From a virus (lineage: Duplodnaviria > Heunggongvirae > Uroviricota > Caudoviricetes), in IMG/VR virus record IMGVR_UViG_3300031413_000001: 64,000 nt of DNA; one strand, given 5' to 3'. Below are positions 26,818-35,507 of this stretch, piece after piece. Numbering within the stretch: the stretch's first letter is position 1; the number at the start of each line of letters is the position of its first letter. Made by a program: the position numbers and the translations under genes. The notes under the pieces were generated by a model. The model searched no databases and was not told where the DNA came from. It was given only the letters and a program-made list of their open reading frames with translations.

Positions 26818-27099
26818 ATGTATGAACTCTCGATCATGCTCCCAGGAGCACTTGGAAATTACAATCGCCGACACACTCCTCTTCCCCGAGGATTGGAGTG
26901 GGGAAAGCCCCGAGGATACCAGATAGTTCCAACTGATGAGCTATGCGAGTGGCTTACTTCTTTTACCCGTAGCCACGCTACCATTGAGTTGCTTCATAGA
27001 AACTCCAGTGTTTGGGAGCCTCACCGAGAAGTCATTGGAGTTTCCTTTGGTTTCCTGGAAGCCTCTGATGCCCTCCTGTTTAAGTTGACCTGGTTATGA
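26818..27099 (+). CDS. LFKLxW-family protein 9
   Basis: FLEASDALLFKLTWL. Confidence 0.9.
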   Translation: MYELSIMLPGALGNYNRRHTPLPRGLEWGKPRGYQIVPTDELCEWLTSFTRSHATIELLHRNSSVWEPHREVIGVSFGFLEASDALLFKLTWL

Positions 27100-27335
27100 T
27101 TGGTGTGGAAGTCAGTAACGATCTGATTAAGATGGCAAAGGATGATCTCCACTACGTTCTAAGGGATGATGTGGTCAATTGGCTGCATGTTCATGCAGGG
27201 ACTGGAGATTGTAGGGGAGGGTGGTCTCCTGATTGCGATTGGCTCTGGACCTACAAGAGCGTGGACTACCGAGGGGCAGCCGTGGTGTTCAGTGATGCCA
27301 AGGCCGCCATGTTGTTCAAGTTGACTTGGGTATAG
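27096..27335 (+). CDS. LFKLxW-family protein 10
   Basis: FSDAKAAMLFKLTWV; shares GGWSxxCxWxW with member 14. Confidence 0.9.
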   Translation: MIGVEVSNDLIKMAKDDLHYVLRDDVVNWLHVHAGTGDCRGGWSPDCDWLWTYKSVDYRGAAVVFSDAKAAMLFKLTWV

Positions 27336-27356
27336 TTCTGCTCTATAGAGGGGAAG

Positions 27357-27617
27357 ATGGCTAGACGGCGTCCTCAAACTTCCTGGCTGGTAAGCATTCC
27401 CAGCAGCATCATGCCAAGTACGTGGGCCAATATGAATGGCGATCTCGATTGGGAGATCGACCTGTGGTTTGAGGAACTGGGTCTTGAGTGGCGACGTGAT
27501 TGGTGGATGGCTATGAACCCCTCCTACCGTCACGACCTGGCATTTCAGGATCGCCGGACTGCCCAACTGATTTTTCTTCTCGTGGAAAGCAGGGCTGATG
27601 AAAATACAAGTTCATGA
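27357..27617 (+). CDS. LFKLxW-family protein 11 (degenerate motif)
   Basis: FQDRRTAQLIFLL. Confidence 0.75.
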   Translation: MARRRPQTSWLVSIPSSIMPSTWANMNGDLDWEIDLWFEELGLEWRRDWWMAMNPSYRHDLAFQDRRTAQLIFLLVESRADENTSS

Positions 27618-27909
27618 CATTGGTATCCCCTGGTGGCCCTGGAACTACCGCTATCGAGTGACGGCCATTGGAAAGCCCAAGGTGGATGCCCCCGCGTTGG
27701 GCTATGACAACAACCTCTTTGATCTACAGGATAGGCTGGGCTGGGAACCCAACTACGATTATCTTCGTCCAGATATTCGGAACTGGCTCCATGATAGCTT
27801 GAACTACATGGACTGGACCACCGAGCATCCCAATGATGCTGGCGAGGAGTGTGGGATCCTTTTCCGGCGTCGTAAAGACGTGATGATGTTCAAGCTGGCT
27901 TGGGGCTAA
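27598..27909 (+). CDS. LFKLxW-family protein 12
   Basis: FRRRKDVMMFKLAWG. Confidence 0.9.
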   Translation: MKIQVHDIGIPWWPWNYRYRVTAIGKPKVDAPALGYDNNLFDLQDRLGWEPNYDYLRPDIRNWLHDSLNYMDWTTEHPNDAGEECGILFRRRKDVMMFKLAWG

Positions 27910-28187
27910 TGGATATCGTAGCACATCGTCGTGAGTGCGATAGGCTACTAAAAGCCGGTATCAGAGTGGCGATCGCACCCCAGCATATAATCAATGGTTT
28001 CAATCAGATATCTGAAGAACTGATCCAGTGGCTTCTTGAACGTGGTTACACCACTGGTGGCATCACGCCTGATCCATATAGGATCTGGGCAGGAAGCCGA
28101 CCCAATGCTCGAGAGCCCAACGCTGCGGTAATATTTCATCCCAGTCAAGCACAGGATGCACTCTTGTTTAAGTTGACCTGGGGATGA
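27909..28187 (+). CDS. LFKLxW-family protein 13
   Basis: DALLFKLTWG. Confidence 0.9.
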   Translation: MDIVAHRRECDRLLKAGIRVAIAPQHIINGFNQISEELIQWLLERGYTTGGITPDPYRIWAGSRPNAREPNAAVIFHPSQAQDALLFKLTWG

Positions 28188-28438
28188 ATAGCGTGGTTCC
28201 TATTCCCGACAGCCTCCTATATAGGGACACTCATCCCTACAGTAGTGGATGGTGGATTCGCCAAGACATCTTTCAGTGGTTGACCACCTTTGTGGGACGT
28301 GGAAATCAAGCTGGTGGTTGGTCCGGGGAGTGTGAGTGGATCTGGGTTTACGCATTCGTTGATGGGCAACCCACCAACAATGCAATATCCTTCCAGGATC
28401 CCAAAGCTGCCATGTTGTTCAAACTCACATGGGCGTAG
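28184..28438 (+). CDS. LFKLxW-family protein 14
   Basis: FQDPKAAMLFKLTWA. Confidence 0.9.
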   Translation: MNSVVPIPDSLLYRDTHPYSSGWWIRQDIFQWLTTFVGRGNQAGGWSGECEWIWVYAFVDGQPTNNAISFQDPKAAMLFKLTWA

Positions 28439-28662
28439 AATACAACATCATACTCAGCGACAAGGTTGCCTATAGGGAACACCACTGTACGGAAAGTCCC
28501 TGGGGAAGTTATCAGATATTCAACCCCGAGATAGCCGAATGGCTAGATGCCCGACTCGCTCCCAACAAGTGGGACCACGACATTGACTTTGACACACAGA
28601 ACTGTATCGTGACCATAGAGGACAAGGATGTGGCACTGTTGTTCAAGTTGACCTGGGTATGA
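28429..28662 (+). CDS. LFKLxW-family protein 15
   Basis: IEDKDVALLFKLTWV. Confidence 0.9.
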   Translation: MGVEYNIILSDKVAYREHHCTESPWGSYQIFNPEIAEWLDARLAPNKWDHDIDFDTQNCIVTIEDKDVALLFKLTWV

Positions 28663-29027
28663 TTGAGTGGACGTTCGTGCAGCTCTATGGCCTCCGGTAT
28701 TTTTCCCGGCAAGGTTTTAGCTCAGCCACTTCACCAGTTCATCGCTGGCGACCTGATGGTCGACCGGCAACCTTTGGCGTCGCCATTGCCGACCATGTGT
28801 TCGAGTGGCTAGATGCCAATTGCAAGGGTAGGTGGTACCACGTAACCAATCGTCAATTCACCACCATTGAACAGATAACTGTTACCCGCGATGATCAGGA
28901 AGAGCTTCGCTTGGCTCGCAAACTCAATCTCGTGACTGATGAGATGCGTGACAAGTTCCGCAGCATCCGCGAGATTGCCTTTGAATTGAAGAGCGACGCG
29001 CTCATGTTCAAGCTGAGTATTGCCTGA
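28659..29027 (+). CDS. LFKLxW-family protein 16
   Basis: FELKSDALMFKLSI. Confidence 0.85.
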   Translation: MIEWTFVQLYGLRYFSRQGFSSATSPVHRWRPDGRPATFGVAIADHVFEWLDANCKGRWYHVTNRQFTTIEQITVTRDDQEELRLARKLNLVTDEMRDKFRSIREIAFELKSDALMFKLSIA

Positions 29028-29257
29028 TGGGCATTCGTGTTCACTGTGATCTTTCAAAAGCCTGCGAGTGGCTTGAGGCAAGAAATCGACGGGGTGGGTA
29101 TTGGAAAGTTCGCCCCGAAGTTCTTGACTTCATGGATAGTCGAGGGATTCCTTTTCGATCCAATGCCAGCCTCAGTGAGCAGGACTGGTCAGTGGTATTT
29201 CCCGATGAGTTTGCCAGGGATGCCATGTTGTTCAAACTAACGTGGGGTGGAAAGTGA
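29027..29257 (+). CDS. LFKLxW-family protein 17
   Basis: DAMLFKLTWGG. Confidence 0.9.
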   Translation: MGIRVHCDLSKACEWLEARNRRGGYWKVRPEVLDFMDSRGIPFRSNASLSEQDWSVVFPDEFARDAMLFKLTWGGK

Positions 29258-29514
29258 GCGACCTGTGGGGCGACACGCTGAGCAAGAGCATGGAGTGGTA
29301 CAACTCCTGCACGTTTGTCCGCGTTCCAACAACTAGCTTGAATGATGCTCTTTCCTGGTGCGTGGAAAAGAAGGGCCTGAGCGGCCACGATCGACTGTAT
29401 AGTGAGGACAGAGTTGGTTGGGGTTGGACTTCTGGTCCAACCAGCGACGTGTGGGTCTTTTACTTTCAGAACGATCCTGATTTTGCCATGCTGTTCAAAT
29501 TGACTTGGGCGTGA
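29254..29514 (+). CDS. LFKLxW-family protein 18
   Basis: FAMLFKLTWA. Confidence 0.9.
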   Translation: MSDLWGDTLSKSMEWYNSCTFVRVPTTSLNDALSWCVEKKGLSGHDRLYSEDRVGWGWTSGPTSDVWVFYFQNDPDFAMLFKLTWA

Positions 29515-29534
29515 ATACTCTATAGGGAGGATTA

Positions 29535-29834
29535 ATGATCACCTTTCCTCTCACCGACAAACAGATCTACAGCCTGTCTGAGGACACCTCAAATCCTTGG
29601 GTAGCGGTCCTGGATGCGATGAAGACCTGGGCCAAGGAGATGAATCTTCAGTATATCCCCAGTGGATCCACGTTGAAAGAATTGCCTCCTGGGCATTGGT
29701 GTGTGAAAAGCTACAATTACGACCAGAGGCGACGTGAAGGTGGCGGTGGCATCTGGAATCACCGGATGATCTGCTTCAACGATGCGGATGCCAAACACGC
29801 CATGATATTCAAACTTCGTTGGGGCGGGCAGTGA
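29535..29834 (+). CDS. LFKLxW-family protein 19
   Basis: HAMIFKLRWGG. Confidence 0.9.
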   Translation: MITFPLTDKQIYSLSEDTSNPWVAVLDAMKTWAKEMNLQYIPSGSTLKELPPGHWCVKSYNYDQRRREGGGGIWNHRMICFNDADAKHAMIFKLRWGGQ

Positions 29835-30115
29835 AGCAGCAAGTCTTTTGGGTTCCCAGCGATATAGACCTCCCAAAGGTAACTGTCGTGACACTCCACG
29901 ATCCCAGTGGTGAGAAGATTGCCGATTCAGTCATGTGGGCAGGAGAGCGCCTGGGACCCAGCAACGGCAACGGTGGGGATATCAGAGGCAAGAACTGGGA
30001 CTTCACCCCTGGATGGCTGGCGCAGTTTGGTAGCAAGGATCTACATTTTTACTTTGGTGACGAAGTGGATCGTGATACCATCGTCTTGTTCAAACTTACA
30101 TTTGGTGGTCGATGA
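29831..30115 (+). CDS. LFKLxW-family protein 20
   Basis: IVLFKLTFGG. Confidence 0.9.
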   Translation: MKQQVFWVPSDIDLPKVTVVTLHDPSGEKIADSVMWAGERLGPSNGNGGDIRGKNWDFTPGWLAQFGSKDLHFYFGDEVDRDTIVLFKLTFGGR

Positions 30116-30426
30116 CTAGCGCGACTGTTGAGCTGCCCTGGGAGCGACTGGTTGATTGGGGGATGGGAATCACCCTAAAGCAGGAAGTCCTGGACTGGCT
30201 CCAGGCAAACATTGGCCTGGGTGATAGTCGTTGGTGGAACAGTGTTGTGGAATTGGTCTTTCACCTTGACCACTGCGAGAACGATGGGCCGGGTTGTATC
30301 TCCTCAGGAGAGCAATGCGTGGGTCATGAGGACTGGGGCTGGTCGATCGGTACAAGGAGTGGGAAAGGCTTCTTTGTGTTCCGGGATCCTGCCCACGCGG
30401 TCATGTTCAAGTTGACTTGGGCATGA
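30112..30426 (+). CDS. LFKLxW-family protein 21
   Basis: KGFFVFRDPAHAVMFKLTWA. Confidence 0.9.
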   Translation: MTSATVELPWERLVDWGMGITLKQEVLDWLQANIGLGDSRWWNSVVELVFHLDHCENDGPGCISSGEQCVGHEDWGWSIGTRSGKGFFVFRDPAHAVMFKLTWA

Positions 30427-30656
30427 GGGAAGTTGAACTATCGCTGGAGCGCCTTCGCGAGATCAACGAAGAGATCAACAAGGTAAAGGCAGTTCAGACC
30501 TATCTGATAGAGTGGTGCGTGGAACATGTCAAGGAACGACCTATCAGCACCATCGTGAGCAAGCCCGCAGTTTATAATAGTGTGGAGTTTAGGGGAATCA
30601 TGTTTGAGTTCCGTGAGCCCCAAAATGCCATGATGTTCAAATTGAGGTGGGCATAA
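30423..30656 (+). CDS. LFKLxW-family protein 22
   Basis: FREPQNAMMFKLRWA. Confidence 0.9.
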   Translation: MREVELSLERLREINEEINKVKAVQTYLIEWCVEHVKERPISTIVSKPAVYNSVEFRGIMFEFREPQNAMMFKLRWA

Positions 30657-30892
30657 TGCCCTTGATGTCAGTGGTCATGCAAACTCATCCCGTAATCGTC
30701 AGTATGCCCATGGATCAGAGCGACGATCACTGGATTGAAATAGATGATTGGATCTCCAGCAAAAACCTTGATGTCATTTGGAGTTCCAACGTGGACACCT
30801 CGGGTATCGCACCATTTCCATTCCTGCGCCACTTCTGTTTTAAGACGGAAGACCGGGAGGCAGCCATGCTGTTCAAACTTACATGGCTATAA
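30656..30892 (+). CDS. LFKLxW-family protein 23
   Basis: AAMLFKLTWL. Confidence 0.9.
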   Translation: MPLMSVVMQTHPVIVSMPMDQSDDHWIEIDDWISSKNLDVIWSSNVDTSGIAPFPFLRHFCFKTEDREAAMLFKLTWL

Positions 30893-31101
30893 CTGTGGAA
30901 ATCTCCGATCGCGGAGATTGGAATACCGTCTATAGGGAAGCATCCAATTGGATGGTGGACCACTTTCCAGATCTTTGCCTTCCAGTCACAGATCCCAAGC
31001 GGGTCTATAATGGTTGGGACGTGTCTTTTGGTCTTGACACCATACAGTTCTATTTTGAAGATCCTCAGGTTGCTATGTTGTTCAAGTTGACTTTTGCCTA
31101 A
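30883..31101 (+). CDS. LFKLxW-family protein 24
   Basis: FEDPQVAMLFKLTFA. Confidence 0.9.
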   Translation: MAITVEISDRGDWNTVYREASNWMVDHFPDLCLPVTDPKRVYNGWDVSFGLDTIQFYFEDPQVAMLFKLTFA

Positions 31102-31121
31102 CCTGGCTTTACGATACAGGT

Positions 31122-31430
31122 ATGGAAACGCACCACTCCTGGAAATCCTTTATCGCCCAGGGGCGAGCATGGCGTGCCGTGGCCGAGTGGTCCAGTGAGT
31201 TCTTTGATCGAATTGAAGACGAGCAATATGACGACTATGATGTCTATCCCCTGAGGGAAGATGTCAGAGCATGGTTGGATAAGTTGCCTCGTGGTCGATG
31301 GTGGGTTGAAAGTCCCGATGGCACTGGTCTCATAGACATCACGGGCCCACGATGGATGCGTCCCATCTACTTTCGTTTTCGTCGAGACCTAATGCTGTTC
31401 AAGTTGAGGTGGGACCATGGTGCGAAATAA
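31122..31430 (+). CDS. LFKLxW-family protein 25
   Basis: DLMLFKLRW. Confidence 0.9.
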   Translation: METHHSWKSFIAQGRAWRAVAEWSSEFFDRIEDEQYDDYDVYPLREDVRAWLDKLPRGRWWVESPDGTGLIDITGPRWMRPIYFRFRRDLMLFKLRWDHGAK

Positions 31431-31641
31431 AGACTTTCCCAACAAGGTAACCATCCGGCTTCACCGCTTGGAGTTTCAGGCTCTTCTAGCTTGGCTTCAT
31501 GCAGCTGGGCATGAGTTGCGCGTCACGATGAAGTTTGGTGACAACCAGCACAAGAGCGCGGATCCTGACCACCTTCAGCAGGACATCTTGTTCAAAGATC
31601 GAAAGGACGCCATGTTGTTCAAGCTGGCGTGGTATCGATGA
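31417..31641 (+). CDS. LFKLxW-family protein 26
   Basis: FKDRKDAMLFKLAW. Confidence 0.9.
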   Translation: MVRNKDFPNKVTIRLHRLEFQALLAWLHAAGHELRVTMKFGDNQHKSADPDHLQQDILFKDRKDAMLFKLAWYR

Positions 31642-31901
31642 TTCAGTTCATTATCAAAGATTACCACGTGTGGGGAAACCGCAACGAGGAACTCGCACCA
31701 CCACGTCTCCCCTATGAGGTCCAGGATTGGCTCAACGATAGCGGGATCACGGAGTATGGATTGGAGTGGAAGCACAATGAAAAGGCTTCCCTGGGAAAGC
31801 ACCAAAAGGCACAGGTGTTTGAGACCCACATCCTCTTTTACAAGAACAGCGATGGTATGATTTTCAAGCTTCGATGGTACCACCACATACAAAATGCTTG
31901 A
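31638..31901 (+). CDS. LFKLxW-family protein 27
   Basis: DGMIFKLRW. Confidence 0.9.
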   Translation: MIQFIIKDYHVWGNRNEELAPPRLPYEVQDWLNDSGITEYGLEWKHNEKASLGKHQKAQVFETHILFYKNSDGMIFKLRWYHHIQNA

Positions 31902-31906
31902 GCACA

Positions 31907-32197
31907 ATGGGCACAACCTTTACTCTACCACACAAAATTGACAGTATAACCAGGGATGGCTGGCTTTGGTACAGCCATGATCATTTTAATCCGCCGACTG
32001 ATCGCCTATGCGTGAGCAGTGCCCATATCATAAAGCCCAAGAGTATCGGCCTGGCGCCCTGGTACTTTTTAAGCGATGATGCCCTGTTGGTTCTTGGATC
32101 GAGTGCATATCAACTCCGGTGCAGCTTCTATGATCATTGGCACTTGACCATTGATGATCGAAGCCGAGCGGCTCTTTTCAAGTTGAAGTTTCTATGA
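31907..32197 (+). CDS. LFKLxW-family protein 28
   Basis: IDDRSRAALFKLKF. Confidence 0.85.
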   Translation: MGTTFTLPHKIDSITRDGWLWYSHDHFNPPTDRLCVSSAHIIKPKSIGLAPWYFLSDDALLVLGSSAYQLRCSFYDHWHLTIDDRSRAALFKLKFL

Positions 32198-32218
32198 CAG
32201 TTTTTTACCGGTCATTGC

Positions 32219-32470
32219 GTGATGATGCCTGTTCCTAATCCAGATAGCCAGGAACACCGCGGGACATGGCTTGACGAGATCTATGCCTGGCTTGCAACCA
32301 TCGAGGGTGACTATGACCTAATGCTGGTCCGAACGGGTGCCATCTTGACTAAAGAGGATGTTCTCTCTGGCAGCAAGATGGGTCTTAGGACGATTGACGA
32401 GCACATCATTTGGTTCTTTGCAGAAATGCGGGACGCCCAGCTGTTTAAGATGAGGTGGGCCAGTGAATAA
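32219..32470 (+). CDS. LFKLxW-family protein 29
   Basis: DAQLFKMRW. Confidence 0.85.
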   Translation: MMMPVPNPDSQEHRGTWLDEIYAWLATIEGDYDLMLVRTGAILTKEDVLSGSKMGLRTIDEHIIWFFAEMRDAQLFKMRWASE

Positions 32471-32747
32471 TCCCGGCGTCTTTGATGACGAAGACGAGAA
32501 CGGATGGTCTTGCGCCAACATTGCCAACCAATGCGTGTGGTCCGTCGTGGATGAAAACGGCTTTCGTATCAAATCCCTGCATCTCAGGGAAGACGTCTTG
32601 AGCTGGCTCATAGAACACGTTGGCCCCAAGAACACCATGAGGGAGATTGGAATGTGGAGAAACGACATTCCACTGCTGGTTACCGACACCAACTTCTACT
32701 TCAAAGATCCCAACAAGGCACTCTTGTTCAAGTTGACTTGGGGCTAG
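32463..32747 (+). CDS. LFKLxW-family protein 30
   Basis: FKDPNKALLFKLTWG. Confidence 0.9.
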   Translation: MNNPGVFDDEDENGWSCANIANQCVWSVVDENGFRIKSLHLREDVLSWLIEHVGPKNTMREIGMWRNDIPLLVTDTNFYFKDPNKALLFKLTWG

Positions 32748-32765
32748 AGACTGCTAGGACGTGGC

Positions 32766-33050
32766 ATGGAATTTGAGGTCACAATCAACGTACCATACAG
32801 CAATGACCGGGTGTGTCGGTACATTGAATGGAAAGAGTACCTGAGGACCAACCACAGCGCCACAAAGTTTCCCGATGGATATGAAATCCGCGATGAAGTG
32901 TGGGACTGGTGCGAGGAAAACCTGCAGGGCTACTGGCGACAGTGGAACAACAATTTACCCAAGGGTGATCCAGCACGTGGTCGGATCATTGGCTTCTCGG
33001 ATGCCAACGCGGCCATGCTATTCAAGCTTCGCTGGTGTGGGAGCATCTAA
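32766..33050 (+). CDS. LFKLxW-family protein 31
   Basis: FSDANAAMLFKLRW. Confidence 0.9.
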   Translation: MEFEVTINVPYSNDRVCRYIEWKEYLRTNHSATKFPDGYEIRDEVWDWCEENLQGYWRQWNNNLPKGDPARGRIIGFSDANAAMLFKLRWCGSI

Positions 33051-33286
33051 TGCCCAACGCCTATATTCGCATGATCCAAGCCGACTATCCCCACGAGGTT
33101 GGTCTTCCAGAGTATGACATGACGCTTGAGGCAAGGGCGGATGCCTGGCTTCACATGAACGCCGTTGATTACATGGATTACTTTCAAGAAGTTGGCGACC
33201 TCAGGGTATATTGTTTCCGGGAGGCTTCATGGGCGACCATGTTCAAGTTGAGCTTTTATGGCCTGAACTCTTCGGAGAACCCGTGA
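33050..33286 (+). CDS. LFKLxW-family protein 32
   Basis: FREASWATMFKLSF. Confidence 0.85.
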   Translation: MPNAYIRMIQADYPHEVGLPEYDMTLEARADAWLHMNAVDYMDYFQEVGDLRVYCFREASWATMFKLSFYGLNSSENP

Positions 33287-33564
33287 ATTACGAGGTAGCA
33301 GTCCACTTTGCCAACAACGGTGTCTTTGGTCCCAAGCGACTCAAGACCCGTCTTCTAACCGAAAAAGTAGAACGGTGGCTAGACGCCCATGGTGGTGATT
33401 GGGGGCTGGTAAATTGGTATCGTCCCTATGTAGGTCATGGGGAATTTGGTCCCGAGCCGGGCATGGAGCACGTGGGGCGGATATTTCAGTTCGGAGAGCG
33501 CCGCACTGCCCAGTTGTTTCTTTTATGTTGGAATGCTTCAGGACACGCCAAAGAAGCTTCATAG
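33283..33564 (+). CDS. LFKLxW-family protein 33
   Basis: FGERRTAQLFLLCW. Confidence 0.8.
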   Translation: MNYEVAVHFANNGVFGPKRLKTRLLTEKVERWLDAHGGDWGLVNWYRPYVGHGEFGPEPGMEHVGRIFQFGERRTAQLFLLCWNASGHAKEAS

Positions 33565-33810
33565 ATACCAATTTAAGTAAAACCGCTGTGCGGCACTGCG
33601 ATTTTGAAAATATACGCAGAAACGATCCTGCTGCACTATTAGAAGATAATCCCATCCACGAATGCCATAAGAGAGCAGCACCTCTGTCAGCTGATCTACC
33701 AATATGTCTCTTTGGGATAGGTTGTGGAAGAAGTGACCACGAAAGCTGTAGGGCAGTTCCATGTAGTGGCTGAAGTAGTATTCAAGCCTGCGGTCTAGAT
33801 ACTGAAACAT
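33559..33810 (-). CDS. LFKLxW-family protein 34 (divergent)
   Basis: FQNRSAAQRFYLNW. Confidence 0.75.
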   Translation of the reverse strand: MFQYLDRRLEYYFSHYMELPYSFRGHFFHNLSQRDILVDQLTEVLLSYGIRGWDYLLIVQQDRFCVYFQNRSAAQRFYLNWYL

Positions 33811-34025
33811 AGTTTGAAATATACAGCCTTACTCAAGTCTGTAAACCACACTTCATAGATTCCAGTCTCAAAACTCTCACGACCAACAATCCAGTCCTCA
33901 TATTCCTGCCATTTTTGTTCCAAGAGCCAGAGGCGAACTTGGTAATGGTGCATGGAACTCTTGACCATAGGCAACTGCACCCTGATCGATCTGGTTTGCC
34001 GGGGATATTCAAAAAGGTCATCCAC
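33795..34025 (-). CDS. LFKLxW-family protein 35
   Basis: FTDLSKAVYFKLCF. Confidence 0.85.
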   Translation of the reverse strand: MDDLFEYPRQTRSIRVQLPMVKSSMHHYQVRLWLLEQKWQEYEDWIVGRESFETGIYEVWFTDLSKAVYFKLCFSI

Positions 34026-34029
34026 AGCC

Positions 34030-34060
34030 TATTTAATGGGTGGAAAATCTCCTTAAATAT
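34030..34060. promoter_or_regulatory. Back-to-back late promoters
   Basis: TAAATA on minus (34030-34035) and plus (34054-34059). Confidence 0.6.
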
Positions 34061-34085
34061 TCTGTACCCCAAAAGGAGATCGATC

Positions 34086-34526
34086 ATGACCCAGCTTACA
34101 CCGCATTTTAGTTTGGCCGAGATGACCGTTACCGGAACGGGTATCAAGAATGTTCCCAACGCCGCGCAGTTGGCAAACTTGACTCACACTGCTCAGATGA
34201 TGGAAAAGGTCCGTGCAATTCTTGGCACACCAATCAGCGTCAATAGTGGCTTCCGTTGTGATGCAGTAAACCGTGCCGTTGGTGGCGTGGTAACTTCCGC
34301 TCACAGCTTTGGCTTTGGTGTTGACTTCGTGAGCCCTGACTTTGGAACGCCCTATGAGGTTTGTGCCGCGCTGATCAAGGGTGGTCTAAAGTTCGACCAG
34401 CTCATTCACGAAAAGCGCCGTTGGGTCCACATTGGCTTTGGTCTCAAGGGAGGCATCAGCCACCGTCAGCAGGTCTTGACTCTTCCACCAGCAGGCGGCC
34501 GTTACCTGCCTGGTCTGGTCAAGTAA
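34086..34526 (+). CDS. Peptidase M15 family (Zn D-Ala-D-Ala-peptidase fold) endolysin
   Basis: HFSLAEM, SGFRC..VNRAVGG, SAH-x4-VD, FDQLIHE..WVHI; SD AGGAG. Confidence 0.9.
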   Translation: MTQLTPHFSLAEMTVTGTGIKNVPNAAQLANLTHTAQMMEKVRAILGTPISVNSGFRCDAVNRAVGGVVTSAHSFGFGVDFVSPDFGTPYEVCAALIKGGLKFDQLIHEKRRWVHIGFGLKGGISHRQQVLTLPPAGGRYLPGLVK

Positions 34527-34952
34527 TTACTTCGTAGTTTTTTCGGGAGGCTGAAGGGACCAAGTGCCCTTCAGCTTTCTACTCTTGGCCTTGACGAGCG
34601 TTCTCGTAATACCAAACGCCACTGGCGGAACCTCTGGCTTCTTTGCGCCACCCCATGCCAGCTTGAACATCGTGACATTCTTCATATCACGAAACCAGAT
34701 CTTAGCTTGCCTTCCAACCGCGAAGTCGCTGGCTTGTCCACACTTTTCCAGCTTGTAACGGCCTCCACTTTCCTGGAGCCAATCCCTTATGGGTTTTGCC
34801 CAGCGGTATTCCTCGAAGCCACCAGTCCATCGTGCGCTCGAGACATCACCCTGATTGAGCTTTCGCTGATAGAACTCTTCCAGCCATTCTCCCTGAACAC
34901 TGATATAGGGAAGTCCCAGCCATTTGCGCCACTTGACTTCTTCAATCAGCAT
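34527..34952 (-). CDS. LFKLxW-family protein 36 with capsid-like C-terminal tail
   Basis: VTMFKLAWGG then FGITRTLVKAKSRKLKGTWSL. Confidence 0.85.
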   Translation of the reverse strand: MLIEEVKWRKWLGLPYISVQGEWLEEFYQRKLNQGDVSSARWTGGFEEYRWAKPIRDWLQESGGRYKLEKCGQASDFAVGRQAKIWFRDMKNVTMFKLAWGGAKKPEVPPVAFGITRTLVKAKSRKLKGTWSLQPPEKTTK

Positions 34953-35232
34953 TCTGTCCTCCAAAGGTCAGCTTGAACAACATGGCCAGGTTGTCGTTTT
35001 CTTTGATCAAAAAGAAAGCGCGAAAGCTGCTGGGGTTGACGTATGCGTCCCAAAGCACGTCTTCCATATAGATACGAGTAGCATCAAAGGCCACATCGCC
35101 ATGTTCGTTGGTACGGGGCTTGCTTTTCCATCCGGGCTCACCCAGACGCTCTGCGAGCCATCGGCCAGCGCGATCTATGCACTCGGCGTTGACTGGCACC
35201 TCAATGGTGTGAATGGTAGCTTCTAGATCCAT
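34942..35232 (-). CDS. LFKLxW-family protein 37
   Basis: LAMLFKLTFGG. Confidence 0.9.
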   Translation of the reverse strand: MDLEATIHTIEVPVNAECIDRAGRWLAERLGEPGWKSKPRTNEHGDVAFDATRIYMEDVLWDAYVNPSSFRAFFLIKENDNLAMLFKLTFGGQNAD

Positions 35233-35507
35233 GTCAGCTTGTATAGCACGGCAGCTTTGGAATCATAGAGTCGAATCATAAGCCTCCAGGAATAGACTTG
35301 TTCGCCATACTGACTGAGATCCGTGGAGGCATGAACAAACCTGCCATTGTAGGAGAAGTTGTGCTGGTCTAGCCAGTCCTTCATTTCCTGATCGAATAAA
35401 CGACTGGCATCATCCTCAGCCCGCCAACTGAGATCCCGATAGAGCTTTTTATTAGGAAGCGGAAAATCCCAATAGCTAGGCCCAGGTGAGTTTGAACAAC
35501 ATTGCAT
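35223..35507 (-). CDS. LFKLxW-family protein 38 (start uncertain)
   Basis: LYDSKAAVLYKLTWI. Confidence 0.8.
   Translation of the reverse strand: MQCCSNSPGPSYWDFPLPNKKLYRDLSWRAEDDASRLFDQEMKDWLDQHNFSYNGRFVHASTDLSQYGEQVYSWRLMIRLYDSKAAVLYKLTWI

Noticed and set aside
33915-34085. N-terminal extension of the endolysin in the ORF track
   Set aside because: Overlaps member 35 antisense. The late promoter and SD point to ATG 34086.
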